From: Sulfurimonadaceae bacterium | GTDB taxonomy: Bacteria > Campylobacterota > Campylobacteria > Campylobacterales > Sulfurimonadaceae | Length of the DNA stretch: 16,240 nt | Assembly (NCBI GenBank): GCA_041562555.1 | Contig: JBFEXS010000046.1 | Coordinates: 1 to 16,240, forward strand | Direction of reading: 5' to 3' | In this document: positions 1 to 8,776 of the stretch, piece by piece | Layout of the letters: each line of letters starts with the position of its first letter | Position numbering within the stretch: the first letter of the stretch is position 1 | Notes under the pieces: generated by a model | Database searches by the model: none | What the model was told of the DNA's origin: nothing | The model's input: the letters and a program-made list of their open reading frames with translations, nothing else | Position numbers and translations under genes: made by a program

Positions 1-366
1 ATGATCGATAATCTCACGTTCAGGTACCTCATCCGGCTGTCCCGTACGGACGACAAGACGAATAAGATGATTATCTAGCTCATTGCGGATATAATTGATC
101 AGATCCAGCCCTGCAGTAGCCGTCTCCATGATCACATCCACCAAGGCTAAGGCGATCCCCTCGTGTTCTTTTAGTCGTTGCTTCGCCTCCTCAGCACTCA
201 TGGCACTGATGATCTCCAGACGACGTCCATCTATCACAACAGACTTCAACGCATTTGCCGTGATATCATGAATAGAAGCTTCATCATCGACGACCAAGAT
301 TTTCCATGATTGAGAAGGGAGTTGCTTATCTTCCCGTTCTTCGGCAAATTCAAATAGATCACTCAT
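1..366 (-). CDS. Response regulator, N-terminal receiver domain (REC type usually followed by DUF3369 and an HD-GYP/GGDEF/kinase output); 3' part lies outside the window
   Basis: Manual translation from ATG at 366: MSDLFEFAEEREDKQLPSQSWKILVVDDEASIHDIT...IALALVDVIMETATAGLDLINYIRNELDNHLIRLVVRTGQPDEVPEREIIDH. Acidic pocket VVDDE, phosphoacceptor LVDVIME, RTGQP motif. Frame open to the window edge; absent from the ORF track. Confidence 0.88.
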   Translation of the reverse strand, partial: MSDLFEFAEEREDKQLPSQSWKILVVDDEASIHDITANALKSVVIDGRRLEIISAMSAEEAKQRLKEHEGIALALVDVIMETATAGLDLINYIRNELDNHLIRLVVRTGQPDEVPEREIIDH

Positions 367-387
367 TAACACTCACCATGCTTTCAA

Positions 388-393
388 AGTATA
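388..393 (-). promoter_or_regulatory. Putative sigma70 -10 box (TATACT) for the response regulator
   Basis: Minus strand reads gcTATACT about 21 nt upstream of the ATG, with AT-rich DNA further upstream. Confidence 0.45.
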
Positions 394-442
394 GCTATAG
401 AGTAACAGTAAAAATTTTAAAGGGTTATTAATTTTAATTATT

Positions 443-467
443 TAAGAGAAATAGGGAATTTCTCTTA
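443..467 (-). terminator. Perfect 10-bp inverted repeat downstream of gltX; likely terminator, possibly an operator
   Basis: TAAGAGAAAT (443-452), AGGGA loop, ATTTCTCTTA (458-467), about 22 nt after the gltX stop. No clear U-tract. Confidence 0.45.
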
Positions 468-489
468 TGAAGTGTGTTGATTATGTACT

Positions 490-1884
490 TTACAGCTCTT
501 TTTGTTTCTCAAGTACGGCATCGATTCGATTAAGTGTCTCATCTTTTCCTATGATCGCCATCACTTCATCCAGACCAGGTCCGGAAAGCTTACCTAAAAG
601 TGCAAGTCGCAAAGGTTGTCCGATCTTTCCAAAACCCACTTCCATCTGCGTGATCGTCTCTTCCATAATGTGATGGTAATCCGTAGGAAGGTGTAATTCT
701 GTTGCCAATTCGAGCTTTTGTGCAAAAGTTTTTAAGACTTCATCCGCATTCCCCTTAAAGCCTTTTTGCATCCCTTTCTCATCATATTCGATCGGTGCCG
801 TCAAGATCTCTTTGATCAGGGCCGCCATCTCTTTAAGCGTCTTGGCTCTCTCTTTGACCGCATCAAGTAAGATCTCTTTTTTATCATGACTTGTCAGGAC
901 GATATCATACGCCGATAAAAGATCTGCCAAATGTGCATTATCCATATTTTTAAGATAATGGGCATTCAACCAATCCAGTTTTTCCGGATTATAGATCGAT
1001 GCGGATTTATTGATATCCGATGGGTCGAAAAGTTCCAACATCTCCTCCATTGAAAAGATCTCCTGATCACCATGGGACCATCCTAAGCGCACCAAAAAGT
1101 TTAACAAGGCTTCCGGAGTGTATCCCATCTCTTTATATGCCATAACATCTGTTGCACCATCACGCTTGGAAAGTTTCTTCCCATTTGCATTATGGATCAT
1201 CGGAACGTGATAAAACTTGGGAATATCAAATCCAAGGGCCTCATAAACCACCATCTGTTTAGGTGTATTTGAAAGGTGATCATCCCCACGTACGACCTCA
1301 TTTATCCCCATCAAAGCATCATCGATCGCAACGACAAAATTATAGGTAGGTGTCATATCAGCGCGGGCAATGACAAAATCATCCAAAATATCCTCAGCTT
1401 GAAAAACGACCTGGCCTTTGATACCGTCATCAATGACAATAGTTCCTGTTTCCGGTGCTTTAATACGGATGACCGGGTCTACCCCTTCCGGTGGAGTACC
1501 GCTGAAATCTCGATAAGAATTGTCATAACGCGGACGCTCTTTATTGGCAGTTTGACGTTCTCGCAATGCATCCAACTCCTCTTTTGACATATAACATTTA
1601 TACGCCTTGCCTTCTTCAAGAAGTTGATTGATATATTTTTTATATATATCCAATCTCTGTGACTGGTATGTGATCTCCCCATCATGTGCCAGGCCGACCC
1701 ATTCGAAGGCATTGACGATCGCTTTTGCTGCCTCTTCATTATTACGGTTCATGTCTGTATCTTCGATACGAAGTACGAACTTACCTCCGTTTTTCTTCGC
1801 CCATAGATATGAGAACAGTGCCGTTCTTAATCCACCGATATGAAGATAGCCTGTCGGACTTGGTGCAAAACGTGTTACGATCAT
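490..1884 (-). CDS. gltX: Glutamate--tRNA ligase (GluRS1-type)
   Basis: RFAPSPTGYLHIGG (HIGH motif), LRIEDTD, VRGDDHLSNTPKQ, KKLSKR (KMSKS motif); 464 aa. The GYLHIGG start and length match the H. pylori GluRS1 type rather than GluRS2. Confidence 0.98.
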   Translation of the reverse strand: MIVTRFAPSPTGYLHIGGLRTALFSYLWAKKNGGKFVLRIEDTDMNRNNEEAAKAIVNAFEWVGLAHDGEITYQSQRLDIYKKYINQLLEEGKAYKCYMSKEELDALRERQTANKERPRYDNSYRDFSGTPPEGVDPVIRIKAPETGTIVIDDGIKGQVVFQAEDILDDFVIARADMTPTYNFVVAIDDALMGINEVVRGDDHLSNTPKQMVVYEALGFDIPKFYHVPMIHNANGKKLSKRDGATDVMAYKEMGYTPEALLNFLVRLGWSHGDQEIFSMEEMLELFDPSDINKSASIYNPEKLDWLNAHYLKNMDNAHLADLLSAYDIVLTSHDKKEILLDAVKERAKTLKEMAALIKEILTAPIEYDEKGMQKGFKGNADEVLKTFAQKLELATELHLPTDYHHIMEETITQMEVGFGKIGQPLRLALLGKLSGPGLDEVMAIIGKDETLNRIDAVLEKQKEL

Positions 1885-1911
1885 AATATTTTCCTGATTT
1901 TTAGTGCTGGC

Positions 1912-1946
1912 ATTTTAGTCAATCCTTGGTTAAAAGATGGTAAAGT
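1912..1946. promoter_or_regulatory. Divergent promoters for gltX and the SurA-like gene
   Basis: Minus-strand TAAAAT at 1912-1917, with AGGA RBS near 1892-1895; plus-strand extended -10 TGgTAAAGT at 1938-1946. Confidence 0.45.
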
Positions 1947-1973
1947 TTTGTACTTTATTTCAATGGGCTATTT

Positions 1974-2816
1974 ATGAGACAACTTATTACTTTTTACCTT
2001 CTTTCCACAGTACTTTTAGCAAATATTGTCGGCGGTATCGCCGTCCAAGTAAATGACGAGATGATCACCCTCTATGAGATCAAACAGGAACAGGAGATTT
2101 CAAAACTGAGTGTTAAAAAGACCGTTGATTTACTGATACGGACAAAGCTTGAACAGATCGAAGCCAAAAAACGTCATATCTCCGTCACAAACCAAGAAGT
2201 TCTCGATGACCTCAAAAAAATGGCCGATCAGAACAACATGACCCTCCCCCAATTATATGAGGCCATGAGTTCGGTACGTCACCTTTCCGAATCACAGACA
2301 AAGGCAAAGACCAGAGAAAAGCTTTTAAAACAAAAACTCTTCAACGCCATTGCCATGTCCCAGATGGAAGAACCCACAGAAGAAGAAGTGCAAGAATACT
2401 ATCAACTTCATCTGAGTGAATATCAGATGCCAAAAAGTATTGATGCTGTCATTTACAGCGCAGCTGATGAGAATGCCTTGCAACAAAAACTTTCCAATCC
2501 GATGATGAATGTACCCGGTGTAAACACTGAAAACACAAGAATCGAGACAGCAAAGATCAACCCGCGTCTTGCCAGTATCCTGGTGCAGACCGAAGACGGA
2601 AAATTCACCCCTATCCTCCCACAGATGGGAGGATCCGGACATATGGCCTTTTATGTACTAAGAAAAAATGAGCTTAACACACCGCCTTTGGAACTGATCC
2701 GCTCTCAAGTAGAGAACAAGATCATGGAAGCCAACAGAGAACATATACTCAATGACCATTTTCAACGTATGCGTGTCAATGCAGATATAAAAGTCCTCAG
2801 ACTTCCGGAGGAGTAG
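1974..2816 (+). CDS. Periplasmic SurA-like chaperone with a degenerate parvulin domain (Cj1289-like)
   Basis: Signal peptide; IAVQVNDEMITLYEI and ISVTNQEV are typical of the SurA N-domain; C-terminal ADIKVLR; located between gltX and accC as Cj1289 is. Confidence 0.8.
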   Translation: MRQLITFYLLSTVLLANIVGGIAVQVNDEMITLYEIKQEQEISKLSVKKTVDLLIRTKLEQIEAKKRHISVTNQEVLDDLKKMADQNNMTLPQLYEAMSSVRHLSESQTKAKTREKLLKQKLFNAIAMSQMEEPTEEEVQEYYQLHLSEYQMPKSIDAVIYSAADENALQQKLSNPMMNVPGVNTENTRIETAKINPRLASILVQTEDGKFTPILPQMGGSGHMAFYVLRKNELNTPPLELIRSQVENKIMEANREHILNDHFQRMRVNADIKVLRLPEE

Positions 2817-2846
2817 ACCTTATCTTTGTCACACAGACATAAGGTC
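2816..2846. terminator. Bulged hairpin between convergent genes; possible bidirectional terminator
   Basis: GACCTTA (2816-2822) pairs with TAAGGTC (2840-2846); TGTC (2827-2830) pairs with GACA (2836-2839). It fills the whole gap between the two stop codons. Confidence 0.5.
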
Positions 2847-3152
2847 CTACTTCTCATACACAGGTAAAAGGGAAGGATTGCCGATCACATCGCATTCTGA
2901 CACTTCAATACTATATGTGCCCATAGTGACCGAACCGCTCGCCGATACCAATCCGGCCCCGCCGGTCACCTCTGATTTCACCGAAGCGGTTCCCTCCGCC
3001 AACACTATTGTAAATGTACACCCCTCTTTCAGGATGTAAGGTTCACTCTCGCCGGAATACTTTGGATAGCTGGCTGCTTCTCCCGCGGTATCGGAACAAG
3101 CAGCCAGGAACCACACTGTCCCCAATACAAAAACCCACCATGGTATACGCAT
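2847..3152 (-). CDS. Small hypothetical lipoprotein
   Basis: Hydrophobic signal ending in lipobox LAAC (Cys19); strong GGAGG RBS at 3160-3164; candidate extended -10 TGaTAATCT at 3175-3183; not a shadow of another gene. Confidence 0.75.
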   Translation of the reverse strand: MRIPWWVFVLGTVWFLAACSDTAGEAASYPKYSGESEPYILKEGCTFTIVLAEGTASVKSEVTGGAGLVSASGSVTMGTYSIEVSECDVIGNPSLLPVYEK

Positions 3153-3247
3153 ATCAAAACCTCCAGATTGTACTAGATTATCATGTCTGTAACGATTGTA
3201 AATAAAAGTGGCTTAATTGTATAGGAAGTAGAAAAGCAAGTCTGTAT

Positions 3248-3273
3248 TCAGAAGCCATGATAAAGACTTCTGA
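3248..3273 (-). terminator. Putative terminator hairpin of accB-accC
   Basis: Minus strand TCAGAAGTC-tttatcat-GGCTTCTGA, a 9-bp stem with one G-U pair (the strand asymmetry favours minus), 21 nt after the accC stop. Confidence 0.55.
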
Positions 3274-3294
3274 GGATGGTACTAGCAGCGCACC

Positions 3295-4635
3295 TTATCC
3301 CTGATAGCGCTCAAGGTACTTTGTATCAAAGTTATTGGAGATAAAATCTTCATTCTCCATCATTTTCTTGTGAAAGGCGATGGTCGTTTTGATCCCCGTC
3401 ACTTTAAACTCACTCAAGGCACGGTGCATCTTTGCAATCGCCTTTTCACGATTTGTATCATAAATGATAAGCTTTCCGATCATAGAGTCATAAATCGTCG
3501 GAACGATATAACCTGCATGCGCATGTGAGTCAATGCGGACCCCATTACCACCAGGAAGCATCCAGTCACCTATCTTACCCGGACACGGAAGAAACTTGAC
3601 CGGGTCTTCTGCCGTGATACGGCACTCTATAGCATGACCCGAGAGTGTAATATCCTCCTGTGCCGGAAGTTTTTCACCTTCGGCAACACGGATCATCATC
3701 TCGATAAGGTCGATACCTGAGACCATCTCGGACACTGTATGTTCGACTTGAAGACGGGTGTTCATCTCCATAAAGTAGAAATCAAGATTTGAATCCAAAA
3801 GGAACTCAAAGGTACCGGCACCCTCATACTTGATGTATTGTGTTGCACGTACGGCAGCCGCCCATAAACGTTCACGTACCTCATCCGTCAGGACTACCGC
3901 TGGAGACTCCTCTATCAGTTTCTGATGACGTCTTTGCATCGAACAATCGCGCTCACCGACATGGATAACATTCCCATGAGAGTCCGCCATGATCTGAACC
4001 TCTATATGACGCGGGTCTTTGATGAACTTCTCCATATAGATCGTACCATCACCAAACGCCGTAATCGCTTCCGATTCTGCAGCCAAGAACGCATTCTCAA
4101 GATATGATTCGTCTTCAACAACGCGCATACCACGGCCACCGCCGCCTTGAGCCGCTTTCAAGATTACAGGATAGCCTACCGCTTTGGCACGCTTTTTTGC
4201 ATCTTCGATATCTGTAATTGCACCATCTGATCCCGGAACGACAGGGACTTCTGCTGCGATCATAACATCTTTGGCTTTCGACTTGTCAGACATTAACTGC
4301 ATAACTTCAACCGTAGGCCCGATAAACTTGATCTTATGGTGTGTACAGATCTCTACAAAATGCTGATTCTCAGACAAGAACCCATATCCAGGGAAGATTG
4401 CATCACAATGTGTGACCTCTGCCGCTGCAATGACTGCTGGGATATTGAGATACGAAGAAGATGAAGGGCCGTCACCGATACAGATAGCCGCATCGGCTAA
4501 TTCCAAATAATGTGCACCCTTATCTGCCTTTGAGTAAACAGCAACCGCTTCCTTACCCATCTCTTTTATCGTACGAATAGCGCGAAGAGCGATCTCTCCA
4601 CGGTTCGCAACTAAGATTCTTTTGATCTCAGCCAT
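3295..4635 (-). CDS. accC: Acetyl-CoA carboxylase, biotin carboxylase subunit
   Basis: ILVANRGEIA, PGYGFLSEN, GGGGRGMR, ERDCSMQRRHQK, EMNTRLQVEH, YDSMIGKLI; directly downstream of accB. Confidence 0.97.
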   Translation of the reverse strand: MAEIKRILVANRGEIALRAIRTIKEMGKEAVAVYSKADKGAHYLELADAAICIGDGPSSSSYLNIPAVIAAAEVTHCDAIFPGYGFLSENQHFVEICTHHKIKFIGPTVEVMQLMSDKSKAKDVMIAAEVPVVPGSDGAITDIEDAKKRAKAVGYPVILKAAQGGGGRGMRVVEDESYLENAFLAAESEAITAFGDGTIYMEKFIKDPRHIEVQIMADSHGNVIHVGERDCSMQRRHQKLIEESPAVVLTDEVRERLWAAAVRATQYIKYEGAGTFEFLLDSNLDFYFMEMNTRLQVEHTVSEMVSGIDLIEMMIRVAEGEKLPAQEDITLSGHAIECRITAEDPVKFLPCPGKIGDWMLPGGNGVRIDSHAHAGYIVPTIYDSMIGKLIIYDTNREKAIAKMHRALSEFKVTGIKTTIAFHKKMMENEDFISNNFDTKYLERYQG

Positions 4636-4636
4636 A

Positions 4637-5086
4637 TTACATTTTCTCTACTACGAATAACGGCATGTCATATTCAACAGGCTTACCATCATCTACAAGA
4701 ATCTTAAGGATCTTACAATCGAACTCTGCTTCAAGTTCATTCATAATCTTCATAGCTTCAAGAATAGCCAAAGGCTGTCCTTTCTTCACTACATCACCCT
4801 CTTTGACAAAAGCCGGAGAGTCTGGAGATGGAGAGGCATAAAAAGTTCCCACCATTGGAGATAAAATCTTATCACCTGCAATCTCTTCAGCTGCTGCTGG
4901 AGCCACTGTTGCAGCTTCTGTTGCCGGAGCCGCAACTGGTGCTGCTACAACTGGAGCAGCCGTTACCGCTGTCGCAATTGTTGCCTTTTCAAGTTCAATT
5001 GAGAAACCTTCTTTATTGATTTTTAAAGAGCTAAGTGTACTGTCATCGAACTCTTTCATTAATGATTTTATCTGTTTCATATCCAT
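4637..5086 (-). CDS. accB: Acetyl-CoA carboxylase, biotin carboxyl carrier protein
   Basis: Biotinylation motif EAMKIMN, SPMVGTFY, Ala/Pro/Thr-rich linker; AGGAG RBS near 5097-5101. Confidence 0.97.
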   Translation of the reverse strand: MDMKQIKSLMKEFDDSTLSSLKINKEGFSIELEKATIATAVTAAPVVAAPVAAPATEAATVAPAAAEEIAGDKILSPMVGTFYASPSPDSPAFVKEGDVVKKGQPLAILEAMKIMNELEAEFDCKILKILVDDGKPVEYDMPLFVVEKM

Positions 5087-5126
5087 TGGATTATGTCTCC
5101 TAAAGCAAATTTTGTAAAAAATAGTG

Positions 5127-5166
5127 TGATATAATACCGAAAGAAAAATTAAGAAACAGTTATAAT
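5127..5166. promoter_or_regulatory. Overlapping divergent -10 elements for accB and dcd
   Basis: Minus-strand ggTATTAT at 5131-5136 (accB); plus-strand TGaTATAAT at 5127-5135 and agtTATAAT with TATAAT at 5161-5166 (towards dcd). Confidence 0.5.
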
Positions 5167-5322
5167 TTAAATATTGACCCTAAACAAACTTCATCAGAAG
5201 CACTTAATATAGGGACTTAACTCAAAAATTTCATTTTGAAATCACAGGGGCAATTTGTCCCACTTTTTCATGAGCTTTTTTCATGAAAATTCATATAACT
5301 ACATCATCAATAAGGAATACTA

Positions 5323-5889
5323 ATGGGCTTAAAAGCAGATACTTGGATACGTGAAGAAGCGGTTAAAAACGGGATGATCACACCCTTTTGTGAAGACCAG
5401 GTCGGCGAAGGCGTCGTCTCTTATGGACTAAGTTCCTATGGCTATGATATCCGTGTCAGCAATGAATTCAAGATTTTCACAAACCTTAACTCTACAGTTG
5501 TCGATCCAAAACATTTCGATGATGCTAACGTCGTTGACTTTACGGGAGATATCTGTATTGTTCCGCCGAACTCGTTTGCCCTTGCACGCACCGTAGAATA
5601 TTTTAAGATCCCCCGTGATGTACTGGCAATATGTCTGGGAAAATCCACCTATGCCCGTTGTGGTATCATTGTCAATGTAACCCCTTTTGAGCCGGAATTT
5701 GAAGGTCATATCACCATCGAGATCTCAAATACCACTCCTCTTCCGGCTAAGATCTATGCCAATGAAGGGATCGCGCAAGTCCTCTTTTTGCAAGGGGATG
5801 AAGTATGTGAGACTTCATACCGCGACAAAAGTGGAAAGTATCAGGGTCAAGAAGGGATCACTCTTCCTCGTATTCTCGACAAAAAATAG
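5323..5889 (+). CDS. dcd: dCTP deaminase
   Basis: [56 protein letters not shown] upstream. Confidence 0.97.
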   Translation: MGLKADTWIREEAVKNGMITPFCEDQVGEGVVSYGLSSYGYDIRVSNEFKIFTNLNSTVVDPKHFDDANVVDFTGDICIVPPNSFALARTVEYFKIPRDVLAICLGKSTYARCGIIVNVTPFEPEFEGHITIEISNTTPLPAKIYANEGIAQVLFLQGDEVCETSYRDKSGKYQGQEGITLPRILDKK

Positions 5890-5891
5890 CC

Positions 5892-6293
5892 TTGAAACAT
5901 TCACTTTCGACCCCTGTACTAACGGCGATACTTGTCTTTTTTTCGGGTCTTGTCTTTCCTTTTATCTTCAGTATCTTTGACAAGGTTCTGCGTTCGCTTC
6001 TTGCGGGACTGGACCCATCTCTCCTGACTCTGCTCAGTTTTGCATGGCTCTTGGTCTTTTACTTTCTCGGGATCAAGTTTTCCCTTGAATATATCACACA
6101 TCAATTCGAGATTTCCCAAAGACAGAAGCTGTTTACCTACAGCAATATATCCTTTGCAGCTGTTGTTCTTGTATTCTATAGTTTCCTGATCTCGCCCTCC
6201 ATACTTTCAAACCTGGTATGGGGCGGATTCCATCTATGTATCATCCTGTTTTTTTATATTTTAAGCTCCAAGATACTTTTTCAACAGAATTAA
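5892..6293 (+). CDS. Hypothetical membrane protein (about 4 TM helices)
   Basis: TTG start 2 nt after the dcd stop; four hydrophobic segments; stop codon overlaps the convergent arsC-family stop (TTAA at 6290-6293). Confidence 0.7.
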   Translation: MKHSLSTPVLTAILVFFSGLVFPFIFSIFDKVLRSLLAGLDPSLLTLLSFAWLLVFYFLGIKFSLEYITHQFEISQRQKLFTYSNISFAAVVLVFYSFLISPSILSNLVWGGFHLCIILFFYILSSKILFQQN

Positions 6294-6637
6294 AACAGCT
6301 CTTCCACCTTTTCCGGCGGTCTTCCCAAGACTGCTTTATCTCCTTTAATGACAATAGGTCGTTCGATCAGTTTAGGGTTTTCTGCCATTGCTTTGATAAG
6401 CGCTTCTTCATCATCCACATCTTTTAATCCCAGTTCCTTGTACACCTCTTCTTTTGTACGCATCAACTCTCTTGCAGACAAGCCAAGCTTTTTCAAAACA
6501 TCTTTAATCTCCTCGACACCAGGTGTCGCATCCAAATATTTGACTACCTCTGCCTCGACACCCTTATCTTCCAAGATTCCAAGTGTCTGACGTGATTTTG
6601 AACAACGTGGATTATGCCAAATCGTATACTCGCCCAT
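6290..6637 (-). CDS. arsC: ArsC (glutaredoxin-type)/YfgD-like oxidoreductase
   Basis: IWHNPRCSKSR catalytic Cys motif, ELMR, LIERPIV, LGRPPE. The HNPRCSKSR form resembles E. coli YfgD. AGGAG RBS; TATAAT at 6665-6670 on the minus strand. Confidence 0.85.
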   Translation of the reverse strand: MGEYTIWHNPRCSKSRQTLGILEDKGVEAEVVKYLDATPGVEEIKDVLKKLGLSARELMRTKEEVYKELGLKDVDDEEALIKAMAENPKLIERPIVIKGDKAVLGRPPEKVEELF

Positions 6638-6717
6638 TATTTCTCCTAACTAATTTTTTTCATTATTATACTCATATTCTGATTTTGGAGTCTGATTCAA
6701 CGAATATTGAAGTCGTA

Positions 6718-6753
6718 TAAAATTATTTTTAGTTATATACGGATAATATAACT
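6718..6753 (+). promoter_or_regulatory. -10 box (TAAAAT, 6718-6723) followed by an 8-7-8 inverted repeat just before the GAF1 start
   Basis: AGTTATAT (6731-6738), ACGGATA, ATATAACT (6746-6753); ATG at 6756. Confidence 0.5.
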
Positions 6754-6755
6754 GC

Positions 6756-7268
6756 ATGTATAAAAATATTAAATCATTTGTAAAAATTGCAGAATTCGGG
6801 CGCAAACTACTCTTAAGGCCCTCCTTGGAGCTCGCTATTCCCATGATCTCTTCTTACGCAAAAGAGCTCCTGGAGGCCGATCGCTGCTCAGTCTTTATTT
6901 ATGACAAGAAAGCTCAACATCTATGGACGGTATTGGCAGATGGCGTTGAAACGATCCGTATTTCCGCTGACGAGGGTATTGTAGGGGCTGCTTTTAGAGA
7001 CAAAAAGGCGTTAATCGTTAACGACCCCTACACCGACAGCCGTTTTTCCTCAAAGATTGACCATGAGACCGGCTATATCACCAAAAATATCATTGCTATT
7101 CCCATCAACAACGCTTTTGGGGATCCCATCGGTGTTTTGCAGCTTCTGAATAAGCGCAGCGGTGATTTTGATAAAGAGGACAAGCGTCTTCTGACTTTTT
7201 TCAATCATTATATCAGTGGATATGTGGAACTTTCCATGCTCTTCAGTGAGGAAACCTCCAAAGAATGA
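6756..7268 (+). CDS. Standalone GAF domain protein (PDE/CyaB-type GAF), copy 1
   Basis: [54 protein letters not shown] (NKx4Fx3D). No output domain. ATGA overlap with the next gene. Confidence 0.9.
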   Translation: MYKNIKSFVKIAEFGRKLLLRPSLELAIPMISSYAKELLEADRCSVFIYDKKAQHLWTVLADGVETIRISADEGIVGAAFRDKKALIVNDPYTDSRFSSKIDHETGYITKNIIAIPINNAFGDPIGVLQLLNKRSGDFDKEDKRLLTFFNHYISGYVELSMLFSEETSKE

Positions 7269-8764
7269 AGCATGTAAGACTTGTTTTTTCTCTACTGTCC
7301 GATTCTTTCAAAGACCTACTACCTATTATCCTAGTCATCTCGTTTTTTCAGATCTTTATCTTGCAAAAAGTCCCTGATGACCTTGATTCAATCATTCTTG
7401 GACTTGTCATCGTCGCTATCGGTCTGACCATCTTCATTCAAGGTCTCGAAATCGGTATTTTTCCGATCGGCGAGAGCTTGGCCCATGAGTTTGCGGCAAA
7501 AGGCTCCGTCTTTTGGCTCTTGCTCTTCGCCTTTGCCATTGGGTTTTCGACAACGATTGCCGAACCGGCACTTATTGCTATTGCGAAGAAAGCCCAGGTC
7601 ATATCCTCAGGAAAGATCGATGCTGACATGCTTCGCCTTACTGTTGCACTCTCGGTCGGCTGTGCCATTTCTCTGGGGTCCTGGAGGATCATTACGGGCC
7701 ATCCTATACATCTGTACATCATCACCGGTTATGTCATAGTCGTTCTCTTCACCTTTTTCGTACCCGTGGAGATCGTCGGACTTGCCTATGATTCCGGCGG
7801 AGTAACTACCTCGACCGTCACCGTCCCGCTGGTTGCAGCCTTGGGTGTCGGTCTTGCCTCAAGCATCCGGGGACGCAACCCCATCATCGATGGTTTCGGA
7901 TTGATCGCTTTTGCCTCCTTGACTCCTATGATCTTTGTTCAGGCCTACGGACTCATCGTCTACACAATAGACTTTAATCCGATTGACCCCGTCGCTGAGC
8001 TTGTCGGTGCTATTCCTGAAGTCCCTATTGACAAGTTTTCTACCTTGAACCTTTTTTATGAACTTGTCAATGTCGTTAAAGATATCTTTCCTATCTTGGC
8101 AGTCATCTTTTTCTTCCAATATATCATCATCAAAGAGAAACTCACTGCTTTACCTAGGATCTCTATTGGTATTCTCTTTGTCATCATCGGCCTATATGCC
8201 TTTATCATCGGCTTGGAGATGGGGCTTTTCCCTATCGGTGAGACCATGGCATTGCAATTGACGGCACAGGATAATCTTTTTTACATCTACCTTTTTGGAT
8301 TTTTGATAGGGTTTTCCACAACGATGGCAGAACCCGCACTCCTTGCTGTTGCGATGAAGGTCGAAGAGATATCACAAAAACGCATCCGGCAATCCATTTT
8401 ACGCCTGTCAGTCGCCTTTGGCGTCGCGATCGGGATCGCATTAGGTGCGTATCGCATTGTTCAAGGTGATGCCATTCACTACTACATTATCGCCGGCTAT
8501 GTCATAGTCATTATTTTGACGTTCTTGGCACCAAAATATATCATACCCATTGCCTACGACTCGGGCGGTGTGACGACTTCTACCGTCACTGTTCCCCTGG
8601 TCGCTGCATTGGGACTGGGGCTTGCTACCCAGATTGAAGGCCGGAGCACCTTAATTGATGGTTTTGGACTCATCGCCTTCGCCTCCCTCTTCCCGATGAT
8701 TACCGTCATGGGGTATGGAGTGATCAGTCAATATTTAGCCAAACGTGATGAAGTAAAAATCTAA
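7265..8764 (+). CDS. Fused double-DUF1538 polytopic membrane protein (putative transporter)
   Basis: Two homologous halves, each with GLExGxFPIGE, GFSTTx[26 protein letters not shown] and [11 protein letters not shown]; highly hydrophobic; followed by a PII-like gene, as is usual for DUF1538. Confidence 0.88.
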   Translation: MKHVRLVFSLLSDSFKDLLPIILVISFFQIFILQKVPDDLDSIILGLVIVAIGLTIFIQGLEIGIFPIGESLAHEFAAKGSVFWLLLFAFAIGFSTTIAEPALIAIAKKAQVISSGKIDADMLRLTVALSVGCAISLGSWRIITGHPIHLYIITGYVIVVLFTFFVPVEIVGLAYDSGGVTTSTVTVPLVAALGVGLASSIRGRNPIIDGFGLIAFASLTPMIFVQAYGLIVYTIDFNPIDPVAELVGAIPEVPIDKFSTLNLFYELVNVVKDIFPILAVIFFFQYIIIKEKLTALPRISIGILFVIIGLYAFIIGLEMGLFPIGETMALQLTAQDNLFYIYLFGFLIGFSTTMAEPALLAVAMKVEEISQKRIRQSILRLSVAFGVAIGIALGAYRIVQGDAIHYYIIAGYVIVIILTFLAPKYIIPIAYDSGGVTTSTVTVPLVAALGLGLATQIEGRSTLIDGFGLIAFASLFPMITVMGYGVISQYLAKRDEVKI

Positions 8765-8776
8765 AAGGAGATAAAG

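Noticed and set aside
1500..1600. Missing zinc-binding cysteines in GluRS (CYMS...YDNSYR)
   Set aside because: Zinc-less GluRS of this form is normal in Campylobacterota.
4885..4985. Low-complexity GCT/GCA-rich repeats
   Set aside because: They encode the normal Ala/Pro/Thr linker of AccB.
5174..5212. Possible 12-codon leader peptide (TTG start, MTLNKLHQKHLI) upstream of dcd
   Set aside because: TTG start without an SD sequence and no informative codon run; expected by chance.
6290..6637. Arsenic-resistance operon
   Set aside because: No arsR, arsB, acr3 or arsM is nearby. The protein is of the widespread YfgD-like type, so arsenate reduction in vivo is not established.
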